Shown here piece by piece: positions 11,175 to 19,999 of a DNA stretch of 64,000 bases (its first letter is position 1; each line of letters starts with the position of its first letter). The stretch comes from Candidatus Multivoradales bacterium (GTDB taxonomy: Bacteria > Acidobacteriota > Thermoanaerobaculia > Multivoradales > Multivoraceae). Below the pieces are notes generated by a model. The model made no database searches, was not told where the DNA came from, and worked only from the letters and a program-made list of their open reading frames with translations. A program made the position numbers and the translations under genes. The stretch spans positions 2,464,001-2,528,000 of the forward strand of contig CBDCWI010000002.1 in NCBI GenBank assembly GCA_965223325.1, read 5' to 3'.

Positions 11175-12461
11175 GTGACCTCGAGGCAGATCTATCCGTC
11201 CGTGATTCTCATCCTACTCGGCTGCCAGCCGGCAACCGAGCAGTCCGAGAGAACCGCGCGCCAAGAGCGCAGCGTTCGACTCGCCCAGGTCATCGAACAG
11301 TACGACGCCCAGGGCATTCACCGCACCGGCACCACCGTCGACGAGAAGAGCGCTCACTGGCTGGCCGACTGGGTGCACCGGGCTGGCTTCGAACCAACTC
11401 TTCAAGCCATCCCGTTCCACCGCGTCGACACGATCAACGCCTTCCTCGAGGTCGGGTCACCCAACGGCGAGAGTAAACGCTTCCTAGGCATTCCACTCAC
11501 CGACTCCGCGACCTACACCGATGCCACCGGCATCGAGGGACCCCTCGGCGAGCTGGGTGCCGAGGCACGAATCGCAGTCGTGCGCTGGCCTCCCACAGCG
11601 CAGCACCTGCCCGGCTTCCAGGCCGCCCGCACCGCCGGCGCCCACCATGGACTCGTCATCGTCACCGGCGGCTCGGAGCACGACCTGCCTCCCGGAACGC
11701 CATCCCGACCCGCAGCTCCCGGCTACGCCCTGATCAACGCTGACCGCTACTCCGATCCCTACGGGAAACCCGTCCTTCAACTCCCAAGCGAGACCGGACC
11801 AGCCCTGGTAGCAGCCCGAGCCCGCAAGGCAACTGGTCGCCTAGTCGTCCAGGTCGAGAAGACGCCGGTAGAGATCTGGAACGTAACCACGAAAGTTCCA
11901 GGCAAAGACAAAGAAGCCGCCCCGATCGTCGTCATGACCCCCAGAAGCGGCTGGTGGCAAGTAGCCTCCGAACGCGGCGGCGGCCTGGCGCTCTGGGTAG
12001 AGCTCCTCTACGCCCTCAAGGCCACCCCACCGCAAAGAACGGTCCACTTCGTCGCCTCCACCGGCCACGAGCTAGGCCACATCGGTCTCGACCACTACCT
12101 AGAGCGACACCAAGACCTGATCGCCAACGCCCATCTATGGCTCCATCTCGGCGCCAACTTCGCCGCCGCCCAGGGTGCCAACATCCGCCTTCAGGCCTCG
12201 AGCCAGGAACTCCTGGACCGAGCCACAGAGGCAATGGCAGAGAACAACCAGTCCCCAGGCGTCATCACCCCACTCGACCAACGCCCCTACGGCGAAGCCC
12301 GAAACATCCACGACGGTGGCGGACGCTACATCTCGCTACTGGGAAGCAACGGCCACTTCCACTCCCCAATGGACCGCTGGCCAGACTCAGTAGACATGGA
12401 AACACTCGAAGACCTGACCGAAGCGTTCATAGGCCTGGTGCAAGAGCTGGCCAACGAGTAG
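11175..12461 (+). CDS. Lipoprotein, M28/Zn-exopeptidase-like fold with PA-like insert
   Basis: Lipobox LLGC; GIHRTGT; ASERGGGLALW; VHFVASTGHELGHIG; C-terminal FHSPMDRW. Confidence 0.7.
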   Translation: MTSRQIYPSVILILLGCQPATEQSERTARQERSVRLAQVIEQYDAQGIHRTGTTVDEKSAHWLADWVHRAGFEPTLQAIPFHRVDTINAFLEVGSPNGESKRFLGIPLTDSATYTDATGIEGPLGELGAEARIAVVRWPPTAQHLPGFQAARTAGAHHGLVIVTGGSEHDLPPGTPSRPAAPGYALINADRYSDPYGKPVLQLPSETGPALVAARARKATGRLVVQVEKTPVEIWNVTTKVPGKDKEAAPIVVMTPRSGWWQVASERGGGLALWVELLYALKATPPQRTVHFVASTGHELGHIGLDHYLERHQDLIANAHLWLHLGANFAAAQGANIRLQASSQELLDRATEAMAENNQSPGVITPLDQRPYGEARNIHDGGGRYISLLGSNGHFHSPMDRWPDSVDMETLEDLTEAFIGLVQELANE

Positions 12462-12463
12462 CC

Positions 12464-12651
12464 CCAGCAAGCGCCAAAGGCGCGAGCAAGACCATCAGCC
12501 ATCCCAGCAAGCGCCAAAGGCGCGAGCAGAACCATCAGCCATCCGGGCAAGCGCCGAAGGCGCAAGCAAAACCAACCCATCCGGGCAAGCGCCGAAAGGC
12601 GCGAGCAAAACCATCAACCATCCGGGCAAGCGCCGAAGGCGCAAGCAAAAA
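12464..12651. repeat. Five tandem ~40-bp units, each with a GCGCC-loop-GGCGC hairpin
   Basis: Hairpins start at 12471, 12511, 12551, 12589 and 12630; loops AAA, AAA, GAA, GAAA, GAA. Confidence 0.95.
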
Positions 12652-12661
12652 CAGCGTGCCG

Positions 12662-12710
12662 GTGGGAGGGAGACGGGATTCGAACCCGCGACCAACAGCT
12701 TGGAAGCTGT
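12662..12710 (-). repeat. Displaced 3' half of tRNA-Gly (att-like direct repeat)
   Basis: 12668-12706 is identical over 39 bp to 16380-16418 (T-arm through the anticodon loop). Confidence 0.92.
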
Positions 12711-13177
12711 GTGTCGATGCTGAAGTGCCTCTTCACGCCCTAGCTAAAGCCGATTCTCCCCAAGGTGCTGGTAGCGCCTGTGCACTTGGGGTCAGCCATG
12801 GCTTTCAATCCCAAACGGCGGGGAGGTTGCTTCCATTGTTGCTCGGACGGGCAGGAGACTCCGCCCGCTGAATCTCGCGAGAAACTACCTAGATCCGCAT
12901 GGTGCGGCATCTCGAGGTCAGAACTGTCCCACAAGGGTTGCTCTACCCGGCGGCGTGGCTAGGCAGCGGCGACCAGCTCGTATGCCCCGATCCGGCAGCA
13001 CTCGTCTGTCGCTTCGGAGCGCTCACCCCTTCGGCGGATCGCCCTTAGGCTTCAGCATCGCCCGTTTGATGAATCCGTCGAGCCCGGTCTGCTTGAAGGT
13101 GAACAGTTTGCCGGCTACCCACCCCATCGCCGCGGCTCGGGTCTCCAGAGCCCACTGCCGAAACGCCGATCGCTTCG

Positions 13178-15379
13178 TCACGAAGCTTCTTCCATCAGCT
13201 CATCGAACAGCGCCGGCCTCTCGGTCCTGACCAGGCGCCCGGGGTAGCCCTTGAAGTGGGGGATGCCCTGCTCGTGGTCGAGGAACTCGTCGTCATCGGA
13301 GCAGAGCACCGCGTCGCTCGAGAGGAAGGCGCCGCCCAGCTCCACTTTGCCGCGGAGCTCCGGGTACCACCAGCCGTGGGGCACCCGCAGGTGGCCGGGC
13401 TTCATGCTCTCCTGCACGGCGAGCTGCGCGGTGACGTGGCCATACCTCGTCTCGAGCTTCACCCAGTCGCCATCCGTGAGGCCTTCCTTCTGTGCATCTT
13501 CGGGGTGGACAAAGATGCTCGGGAGCGGGCAGCGCTTGCGCAGCTCCTCGATATTGCGCTGGCCGGTCTGGAAGAACGGGTCTTCACGCACGCCGGAGAA
13601 CACTGCGTAGGGATAGTCCGCTGTGGGTCGTGGTCCTTCGCGGTGGTAGGGCACAGGATCGAAGCCCAGATCTTCGAGCACAGACGACGACAGCTCCACT
13701 TTACCGGAGGGTGTCGCAAAGCCGGTCTTCCGATATTTGAGGAACTCTGGAGTGGGCATTTCCATGAAGCTCTGTGCCTCGAACTCGGCAAAGGTCCTTC
13801 CCGAGCGGGAAAGACGGTGGTCCAAAAGCTCCTCGAGCGTGTTCCACGGGAAGTGATCCTCGAAGCCGAACCGGAGTGCGAGGTCACGCCAGAACTGAAA
13901 GGTGCTGCTGGCTTCCTCCGGTGGCTCGACGACCTTCTGCGAGAGCGTGAGTCGAGCTGTCCAGCTCCAGCTGTCGGCGATGTGATTGCGCTCGCTGAAC
14001 ACGTCACCGGGCAGAACGTAGTCGGACAACATGGCGGTGGGCGTCATGAAGATCTCGTGAGTGACGATCAGATCCTGGTTCATCATGCCCTTCAGAATCT
14101 GGTGCTGGTTCGGGTAGCTCATGAGCGCGTTATTGCCGAGCACGAAGAAGGCCTTCACGGGGTACGGGTCTTCAGTGGCCATCGCGCGGAAGATCTCGGA
14201 GGGGTTGGCCATGTGACAACCCATGACGAGGTCGGCATAAGGGAAGCCCCAGACCTTCTCGGTGGGCTCCTTGAGCATCTCCGCGGTGCGATAGGTGTAG
14301 GCCGGGTGATTGGTGAAGCCGAGCTGCTTGGCCTTTTGTTCCGGGGCGAGCACCTCGTGCAGGCCCAGCTCCGACTCGGGGATGTAGTCCGGGTTGAAGC
14401 CACCGAAGGTCTCGCCGCCCACCACATCCAGATTGCCCGTCACTGCGCGCAGGATCGAATGGAGCCGAATGGCAGAGGTGCTGGAGATCTGCATGTCGGT
14501 GATCGGCGTCCAGGGGATGATGGCGCCGTCGGCGTTCGCGTACATGCGGGCAGCCTCGGCGATCAGCTCGCGGTCCACTCCCGTGATCTCCTCCACCCGT
14601 TCCAGCGGGTACTCGTCCACGCGGGCCTTGAGCTCCTCGAACCCGGTGCACCAGTCGCGTACGAAGTCTTTGTCGTAGAGCTCTTCGTCGAAGATGACCT
14701 TGAGCCAGCCGAGGCACATGGCCGCGTCGGTGCCAGCACGGAGCTGCAGGTGCAGGTCGGCAGCTTCGGCCTGACCGGACACCCTCGGATCGAGCACGAT
14801 GAGCTTCGCACCGCGGGCCTGTGCGTCTTTGATCCAGTGGTAGACCGGTGTCCAGGAGTGCTTGCGCGGGTTGTGGCCAAAGAGCACGATGCAGTTGGTG
14901 TTGTCGAAGTCGCCCAAGGGGAACCAGCCGTAGGTGAGCCGGTTCACCGCGGCGGTGTTGCCGGCGCATAGCGCGACGCCACTCGTCCAGTTGGGTGCGC
15001 CGAGCAGGTTCATGAACCGCCGGTCCATGGCGTGCGTGGTCTGGGTGTTCCAGCCCGAGGTCGAGACGGCGAACGCCTCCGGGCCGTGCTGGTCCACGAC
15101 CTTCTTCAGCCGCGCGGCGATCTCGTCCATTGCCTGTTCGTAGCTGATCTCTTCCCACTGGTCGGCACCACGCTCGCCCACGCGCTTGAGGGGCTTCGTA
15201 AGGCGGTCCGCATGGTTGTGGATCCTTGGCGCTGCAACGCCCTTGAAGCAAATGTTCTTGGCCAGCATCGGGTTGTCGTGCGCGAGCACACGCGTGACCT
15301 TGCCGTCGTCGGCTACGGTGCGCAGCTGGCAGTTGATGTCGCAGATCGTGCACACGGAGTACCTGGTGGTCGTGGTCAT
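13178..15379 (-). CDS. Mo/W-bis-PGD enzyme of the DMSO reductase family, acetylene hydratase-like (733 aa)
   Basis: CTICDINC...ICFKG [4Fe-4S] motif; RRFMNLLGAPNWTS..LCAGNT; IPWTPITDMQ; ATPSGKVEL; PHGWW; LDHEQGIP; no signal peptide; ATG at 15379 after GGGGAG. Confidence 0.9.
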   Translation of the reverse strand: MTTTTRYSVCTICDINCQLRTVADDGKVTRVLAHDNPMLAKNICFKGVAAPRIHNHADRLTKPLKRVGERGADQWEEISYEQAMDEIAARLKKVVDQHGPEAFAVSTSGWNTQTTHAMDRRFMNLLGAPNWTSGVALCAGNTAAVNRLTYGWFPLGDFDNTNCIVLFGHNPRKHSWTPVYHWIKDAQARGAKLIVLDPRVSGQAEAADLHLQLRAGTDAAMCLGWLKVIFDEELYDKDFVRDWCTGFEELKARVDEYPLERVEEITGVDRELIAEAARMYANADGAIIPWTPITDMQISSTSAIRLHSILRAVTGNLDVVGGETFGGFNPDYIPESELGLHEVLAPEQKAKQLGFTNHPAYTYRTAEMLKEPTEKVWGFPYADLVMGCHMANPSEIFRAMATEDPYPVKAFFVLGNNALMSYPNQHQILKGMMNQDLIVTHEIFMTPTAMLSDYVLPGDVFSERNHIADSWSWTARLTLSQKVVEPPEEASSTFQFWRDLALRFGFEDHFPWNTLEELLDHRLSRSGRTFAEFEAQSFMEMPTPEFLKYRKTGFATPSGKVELSSSVLEDLGFDPVPYHREGPRPTADYPYAVFSGVREDPFFQTGQRNIEELRKRCPLPSIFVHPEDAQKEGLTDGDWVKLETRYGHVTAQLAVQESMKPGHLRVPHGWWYPELRGKVELGGAFLSSDAVLCSDDDEFLDHEQGIPHFKGYPGRLVRTERPALFDELMEEAS

Positions 15380-15416
15380 CGCTTGTCTCCCCGCTGGATG
15401 GTCGTCGTACCCTGCA

Positions 15417-15473
15417 GTTGCATAATGAAACTTGTACCTCTCCAGTGTAGGGGATACGGTTGCATCGTGCAAC
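15417..15473. promoter_or_regulatory. Two palindromic operator-like sites in the divergent intergenic region
   Basis: GTTGCA-TCG-TGCAAC (15459-15473, perfect) and GTTGCA-TAA-TGAAAC (15417-15431, one mismatch). Confidence 0.7.
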
Positions 15474-15489
15474 TTCAAGGAGATCCTCC

Positions 15490-15993
15490 GTGTCCAGAAC
15501 CCGTTTCGACCAGATGAACTGTGGCGTTGCGCAGGCGCTCGAGCAGATCGGCGAGTGGTGGACGCTGCTCATCGTGCGCGACGCGTTCTTCGAGCGGAAG
15601 CGCTTCTCAGAGTTCGAGGAGAGCCTCGGGATCGCCAAGAACATCCTGAGCGATCGCCTGCGAAAGCTCGTGCAGAACGGCATCTTCGAGCGCGAGCGGA
15701 TCCCGGGCCCTGGACAGCGGTACGAGTACACGCTCACCAAGAAGGGACGCGATCTCTGGCTCATGCTCACGGCCATGCGTCTCTGGTCGGACAAGTGGGT
15801 CTTCGGCGAAGACAAGGTACCGGCCCTCATGCGCGAGCGCGACACGGGGCGTGAGGTCGCGGCACTGCTCGCAGTGGCTGCTGACGGCGAGCCCGTCGAC
15901 GCCAGCCAGCTCGAATGGGTCAAGGGGCCAGGCTTCACCGAAGGAACCCCGATCGGCCCCCCGGCCTCTCGTCCGCGGCCGTCGGACTCCTGA
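15490..15993 (+). CDS. HxlR-family winged-helix transcriptional regulator
   Basis: MNCGVAQALEQIGEWWTLLIVRDAF..RFSEF...LGIAKNILSDRL...YEYTLTKKGRDL; GTG after AAGGAG. Confidence 0.93.
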   Translation: MSRTRFDQMNCGVAQALEQIGEWWTLLIVRDAFFERKRFSEFEESLGIAKNILSDRLRKLVQNGIFERERIPGPGQRYEYTLTKKGRDLWLMLTAMRLWSDKWVFGEDKVPALMRERDTGREVAALLAVAADGEPVDASQLEWVKGPGFTEGTPIGPPASRPRPSDS

Positions 15994-16265
15994 GGAGCAG
16001 CGATCTCTCCGGAGTTCTTCCAGCTGTCGAGGGAACATCGACCGCCAGGTTCTGGCATGACTCTCTCGAACAAGAGCTTCTTGCCTCAGCAGCTACAGCA
16101 GCTCGTAGAGGACAATCCTCCTTTCGTGTGCGGTCGCGACCTCGCGACCCGAGACCCCTCCCCGCCGCTGTAACCAGATGGTTGCTCAGTGGTTGCCTCG
16201 CGGAATCGGCAGCTCGCCGCGAGAAGCGCCAGGACCAGTAAGTCCTTCTAAGAGTACGGCTTAGG

Positions 16266-16373
16266 TGGAGCGGGAGACGGGATTCGCACCCTGTTGCGGG
16301 CGCCTCCGGCGCACGCAACAGTGAACCGCAATCCCGACTCACGCTCCATAACGCCGCGCTCCGCGCGGCTAAA
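16266..16373. repeat. 108-bp tRNA-linked unit: duplicate of the tRNA-Gly 3' end, hairpin, inverted copy, hairpin
   Basis: 16266-16286 equals 16374-16394; inverted copy at 16330-16348 (17/19); hairpins CTGTTGCG..GCGCC-TCC-GGCGC..CGCAACAG and GCCGCGC-TCC-GCGCGGC. Confidence 0.9.
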
Positions 16374-16448
16374 TGGAGCGGGAGACGGGATTCGAACCCG
16401 CGACCAACAGCTTGGAAGGCTGTGACTCTACCCCTGAGTTACTCCCGC
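16374..16448 (-). tRNA. tRNA-Gly (TCC)
   Basis: GCGGGAGTAACTCAGGGGTAGAGT...CTTCCAA...GGTTCGAATCCCGTCTCCCGCTCCA. Confidence 0.97.
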
Positions 16449-16492
16449 CCGTGGAGCTCGCTAAATCATCGCCAGGCAGCTCGAGAGAAGAT

Positions 16493-16578
16493 TGGTGGAG
16501 GTGGATGGATTTGAACCACCGTAGGGATAACCCGACAGATTTACAGTCTGTTGCCTTTGACCACTCGGCCACACCTCC
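16493..16578 (-). tRNA. tRNA-Tyr (GTA)
   Basis: GGAGGTGTGGCCGAGTGG...CTGTAAA...long variable arm...GGTTCAAATCCATCCACCTCCACCA. Confidence 0.97.
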
Positions 16579-16626
16579 GTCTTCACTTCAACCAACGCTG
16601 GGCGCAATCGGCGCTCTCAGCGTTCC

Positions 16627-16702
16627 TGGAGCCGGCACCCGGATTTGAACCGAGGACCTACTGCTTACAAGGCAGTTGCTCTACCAACTGAGCTATGCCG
16701 GC
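16627..16702 (-). tRNA. tRNA-Thr (TGT)
   Basis: GCCGGCATAGCTCAGTTGGTAGAGC...TTGTAA...GGTTCAAATCCGGGTGCCGGCTCCA. Confidence 0.97.
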
Positions 16703-16768
16703 ACTGGGTCCCGGATCGCACCCTCTTGACCCAGCGGGTCGGCTGCGGCTTCCGAAAGACGACGAGAG

Positions 16769-16797
16769 AGTGTAGTTCGTTCCCATGCGGCAATCAA
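16769..16797 (-). promoter_or_regulatory. Putative sigma70 promoter of the tRNA operon
   Basis: TTGATT-17 bp-TACACT upstream of tRNA-Thr(TGT). Confidence 0.55.
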
Positions 16798-16816
16798 CCT
16801 CCGATCTCATGGGACC

Positions 16817-17587
16817 CTACTTCGTTCGCTGACGCACCGCCTCATAGAGCACCGCAGCGGCCGCCGTCGCCAGGTTGAGAGACTCGATCTTGCCGCGCAT
16901 CGGCAAACCAATCATCGCGTCGCAGAGGCCTCGGGTGCGCTGACGCAGGCCCTTCTCCTCGCCACCGATACAGATCACGATAGGCCCGGTGAGATCGATC
17001 TCCCACGGGGGCTGCCCCATCGCGTCGGTGCCGTACACCCAGTAGCCCTCCTTCTTGAGCGCACCGAGAGCGTTACCGGTGTTTCCGATGCGCTCGATCT
17101 CTACCCACTGCGAGGCTCCAGCCGAAGTCTTCTCGGCGGCCGGCGTGATCGGCGATGAACCACGATCACGAAGGAGGACACGGCCGACTCCGGCGCCTTC
17201 GCAGACCCGGAGTAGCGCACCGAGGTTGCGTGGGTCCTGAACGTCTTCAGCCAGGAGGAGGAACTGGCCGTCGGTCGATTCGCTGCCTTCGGGAGTGTCA
17301 GTGGCCTCTCGCAGGACGGCAACGAAGCCTTGGTGCTGACCGCGTGCAAGGTTGCCCAGCTCAGCCGCTTCAGCGTCGCGCACCTCGATGCGATGGCGAA
17401 GGGCCAGCTCATCGAGTTCGTCGCGCCGTTTCCCGGTGCGACCACTGGCGATCAGGATCTGCTGAATGCGGTGCGGCTGCCTCCGCAGCAGCTCGCGCAC
17501 CGGATGGAAGCCGTAGACGATGGTGCCGCCGCTCTTCGTGTGTTCCTTACCGCCGCGGGCCGCACGGTTCTCTTCGGGGTCCTTCAA
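16817..17587 (-). CDS. rlmB: 23S rRNA (G2251) 2'-O-methyltransferase, SpoU family
   Basis: VYGFHPVRELL, HQGFVA, DVQDPRNLGALLR, GGEEKGLR, IESLNLATAA. Confidence 0.92.
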   Translation of the reverse strand: MKDPEENRAARGGKEHTKSGGTIVYGFHPVRELLRRQPHRIQQILIASGRTGKRRDELDELALRHRIEVRDAEAAELGNLARGQHQGFVAVLREATDTPEGSESTDGQFLLLAEDVQDPRNLGALLRVCEGAGVGRVLLRDRGSSPITPAAEKTSAGASQWVEIERIGNTGNALGALKKEGYWVYGTDAMGQPPWEIDLTGPIVICIGGEEKGLRQRTRGLCDAMIGLPMRGKIESLNLATAAAAVLYEAVRQRTK

Positions 17588-18138
17588 ACCTCGAGGATGT
17601 CCTTCTCCTTGGACTCGGTCGAAGTGTTGATCAGCCCGATGTAGTGATCGTGGAGCTTCTGCATCTCCGCTTCGCCGCGACGCTCGTCGTCTTCGGAGAT
17701 CTCTTTCTCTTTCTCCATCTTCTTGACCCGTTCGTTGCCTTCGCGACGCGCCTGACGCACCGAGTTGCGCGACTTCTCTGCCATGTCGTGAGCGATCTTG
17801 ACCAGCTCTTTGCGCCGCTCTTCGGTCAGCATCGGCACCGGAATGCGCACCAGCTTGCCATCGTTCGACGGGTTCAGACCGAGATCGGACATCTGGATGG
17901 CCTTCTCGATCGCCGGAATCGACGATGGGTCATAGGGCTGCGCAACCAGGAGGGTGGCGTCAGACACAGTGACGTTGGCGACCTGCTTGAGAGGTGTCTC
18001 GGTACCGTAGTAGTCGACCATCACACCATCGAGCATCGCAGCGTTCGCGCGACCCGTACGCAGGGTCTGGAACTCCTCGCTCAGATGATCCGAGGCCGCC
18101 TTCATTTTGAGTTCGATTTCTTGAAACAGTTCCAACAT
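17584..18138 (-). CDS. frr: Ribosome recycling factor
   Basis: LRTGRAN, SDLGLNPSNDG, LTEERRKELVK. Confidence 0.98.
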   Translation of the reverse strand: MLELFQEIELKMKAASDHLSEEFQTLRTGRANAAMLDGVMVDYYGTETPLKQVANVTVSDATLLVAQPYDPSSIPAIEKAIQMSDLGLNPSNDGKLVRIPVPMLTEERRKELVKIAHDMAEKSRNSVRQARREGNERVKKMEKEKEISEDDERRGEAEMQKLHDHYIGLINTSTESKEKDILEV

Positions 18139-18205
18139 TCTCGTCTCTCCTTCTAGCGTTCCTGCGGCCAAGCGCAGCCACCTGCGCGCCTCGGTTCTAG
18201 CGCCC

Positions 18206-18964
18206 TCAGCTCGGTACGCCCGAATCTGCTCGTGCAGCTGCTGGCAGTTCGTCTAAAACCATCGAACCGATTTCTTCACCGCACACCATGCGACGAATGT
18301 TGCCGTTGGTGAGCAAATCGAAGACACCGATCGGCAGGCCGTTCTCGCGGCACAGACTGATGGCAGCCGCATCCATCACCTTGAGGTTGCGCGCCAGCAC
18401 CTGGTAGTAGGTGACGACCGGCAGACGCTCCGCACCCGGCTCCTTGGCTGGATCCGCGCTATAGATGCCGTCGACCTGCGTTGCTTTGAGCAGCACGTCG
18501 GCGTGAATCTCGTTGGCGCGCAGTGCCGCCGCGCTATCGGTTGTGAAGAACGGATTGCCAGTCCCCGCACCGAAGATGACCACGCGCCCCTTTTCGAGAT
18601 GACGAATCGCGCGACGCACGATGAATGGCTCGGCGACCTCGCGGATGTCGATCGCGGTTTGCACCCGGGTTTCGATCCCGCGTTGCTGGAGAGCGTCCTG
18701 AAGGGCGAGCGCATTGATGACCGTGCCCAGCATTCCCATGTGGTCGCCGGTCACCCGATCGATGCCCCAGTTACTGGCCGAAACGCCGCGAATGATGTTT
18801 CCACCGCCCACGACGACTCCAATCTGCACCCCAAGACCGACAACGTCGCCGATCTCGTCGGCGATCCTTCCCAGCACTTCGTGATCGAGACCAAAGTCAC
18901 GTTTGCCCATCAGGGCCTCGCCCGACAGCTTGAGCAGGATGCGCCGGTAGACCGGTTGGGTCAT
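18206..18964 (-). CDS. pyrH: Uridylate kinase
   Basis: [36 protein letters not shown]. Confidence 0.98.
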   Translation of the reverse strand: MTQPVYRRILLKLSGEALMGKRDFGLDHEVLGRIADEIGDVVGLGVQIGVVVGGGNIIRGVSASNWGIDRVTGDHMGMLGTVINALALQDALQQRGIETRVQTAIDIREVAEPFIVRRAIRHLEKGRVVIFGAGTGNPFFTTDSAAALRANEIHADVLLKATQVDGIYSADPAKEPGAERLPVVTYYQVLARNLKVMDAAAISLCRENGLPIGVFDLLTNGNIRRMVCGEEIGSMVLDELPAAARADSGVPS

Positions 18965-19125
18965 GCAGGATCTCCGATACGGGGCCGCTGGGCGCACACG
19001 AAGGCCAGGCAGCGTTTCAGGTTGGAGCGGGGACGCCCTAAGAGGGTCCTGCGATCATAACCGAGCCGCCTCGTCGATATGAGGGACCCCGCGCCTGGCC
19101 TTGAAGATCCGGCTGAGGGTAGCGG

Positions 19126-19719
<594 letters not shown>

Positions 19720-19999
19720 TGCTCTCTCCCTGTTTACTTTTCGGCGGCACAGCCCGTGGGGCATCGCCGCATCACTTTCGAGTGTTCAGTCGATCAGTTG
19801 TAGGTTAAAACTTGTTCGTTCGAGAGTGCGCCCGCCGGAATCCTCTTGGGCAAGGGACCACGCTGCGGCGCTTTTCCGCGCCAGGGCGCGGCCTTATTCG
19901 GCCGTTCAAACGCTCGAGCTCGAACAACCAGTCGGATCTCTTCGAGGACAGGGCCTCTCGGGAAAGGGGGCTTTCGAGGGACACGCCCTCGTCAGACCT

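Larger units (their letters stand above)
12662..16418. mobile_element. Decayed genomic islet integrated at tRNA-Gly(TCC); no integrase seen
   Basis: 39-bp direct repeat of the tRNA 3' half at both ends; paired GTTGC motifs inside both ends (12826/12838; 16181/16192); cargo of oxidoreductase plus regulator. Confidence 0.75.

Noticed and set aside
12464-12651. CRISPR array or coding repeat
   Set aside because: No unique spacers; overlapping ORFs are low-complexity translations of the repeat.
12662-12710. Additional intact tRNA-Gly
   Set aside because: Only the 3' half is present; the D-arm and 5' acceptor strand are missing and the CCA end is degenerate.
13023-13127. 34-codon minus-strand ORF (MGWVAGKLFTFKQTGLDGFIKRAMLKPKGDPPKG) after the oxidoreductase
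   Set aside because: Possibly a gene remnant, but too short and without a recognisable motif.
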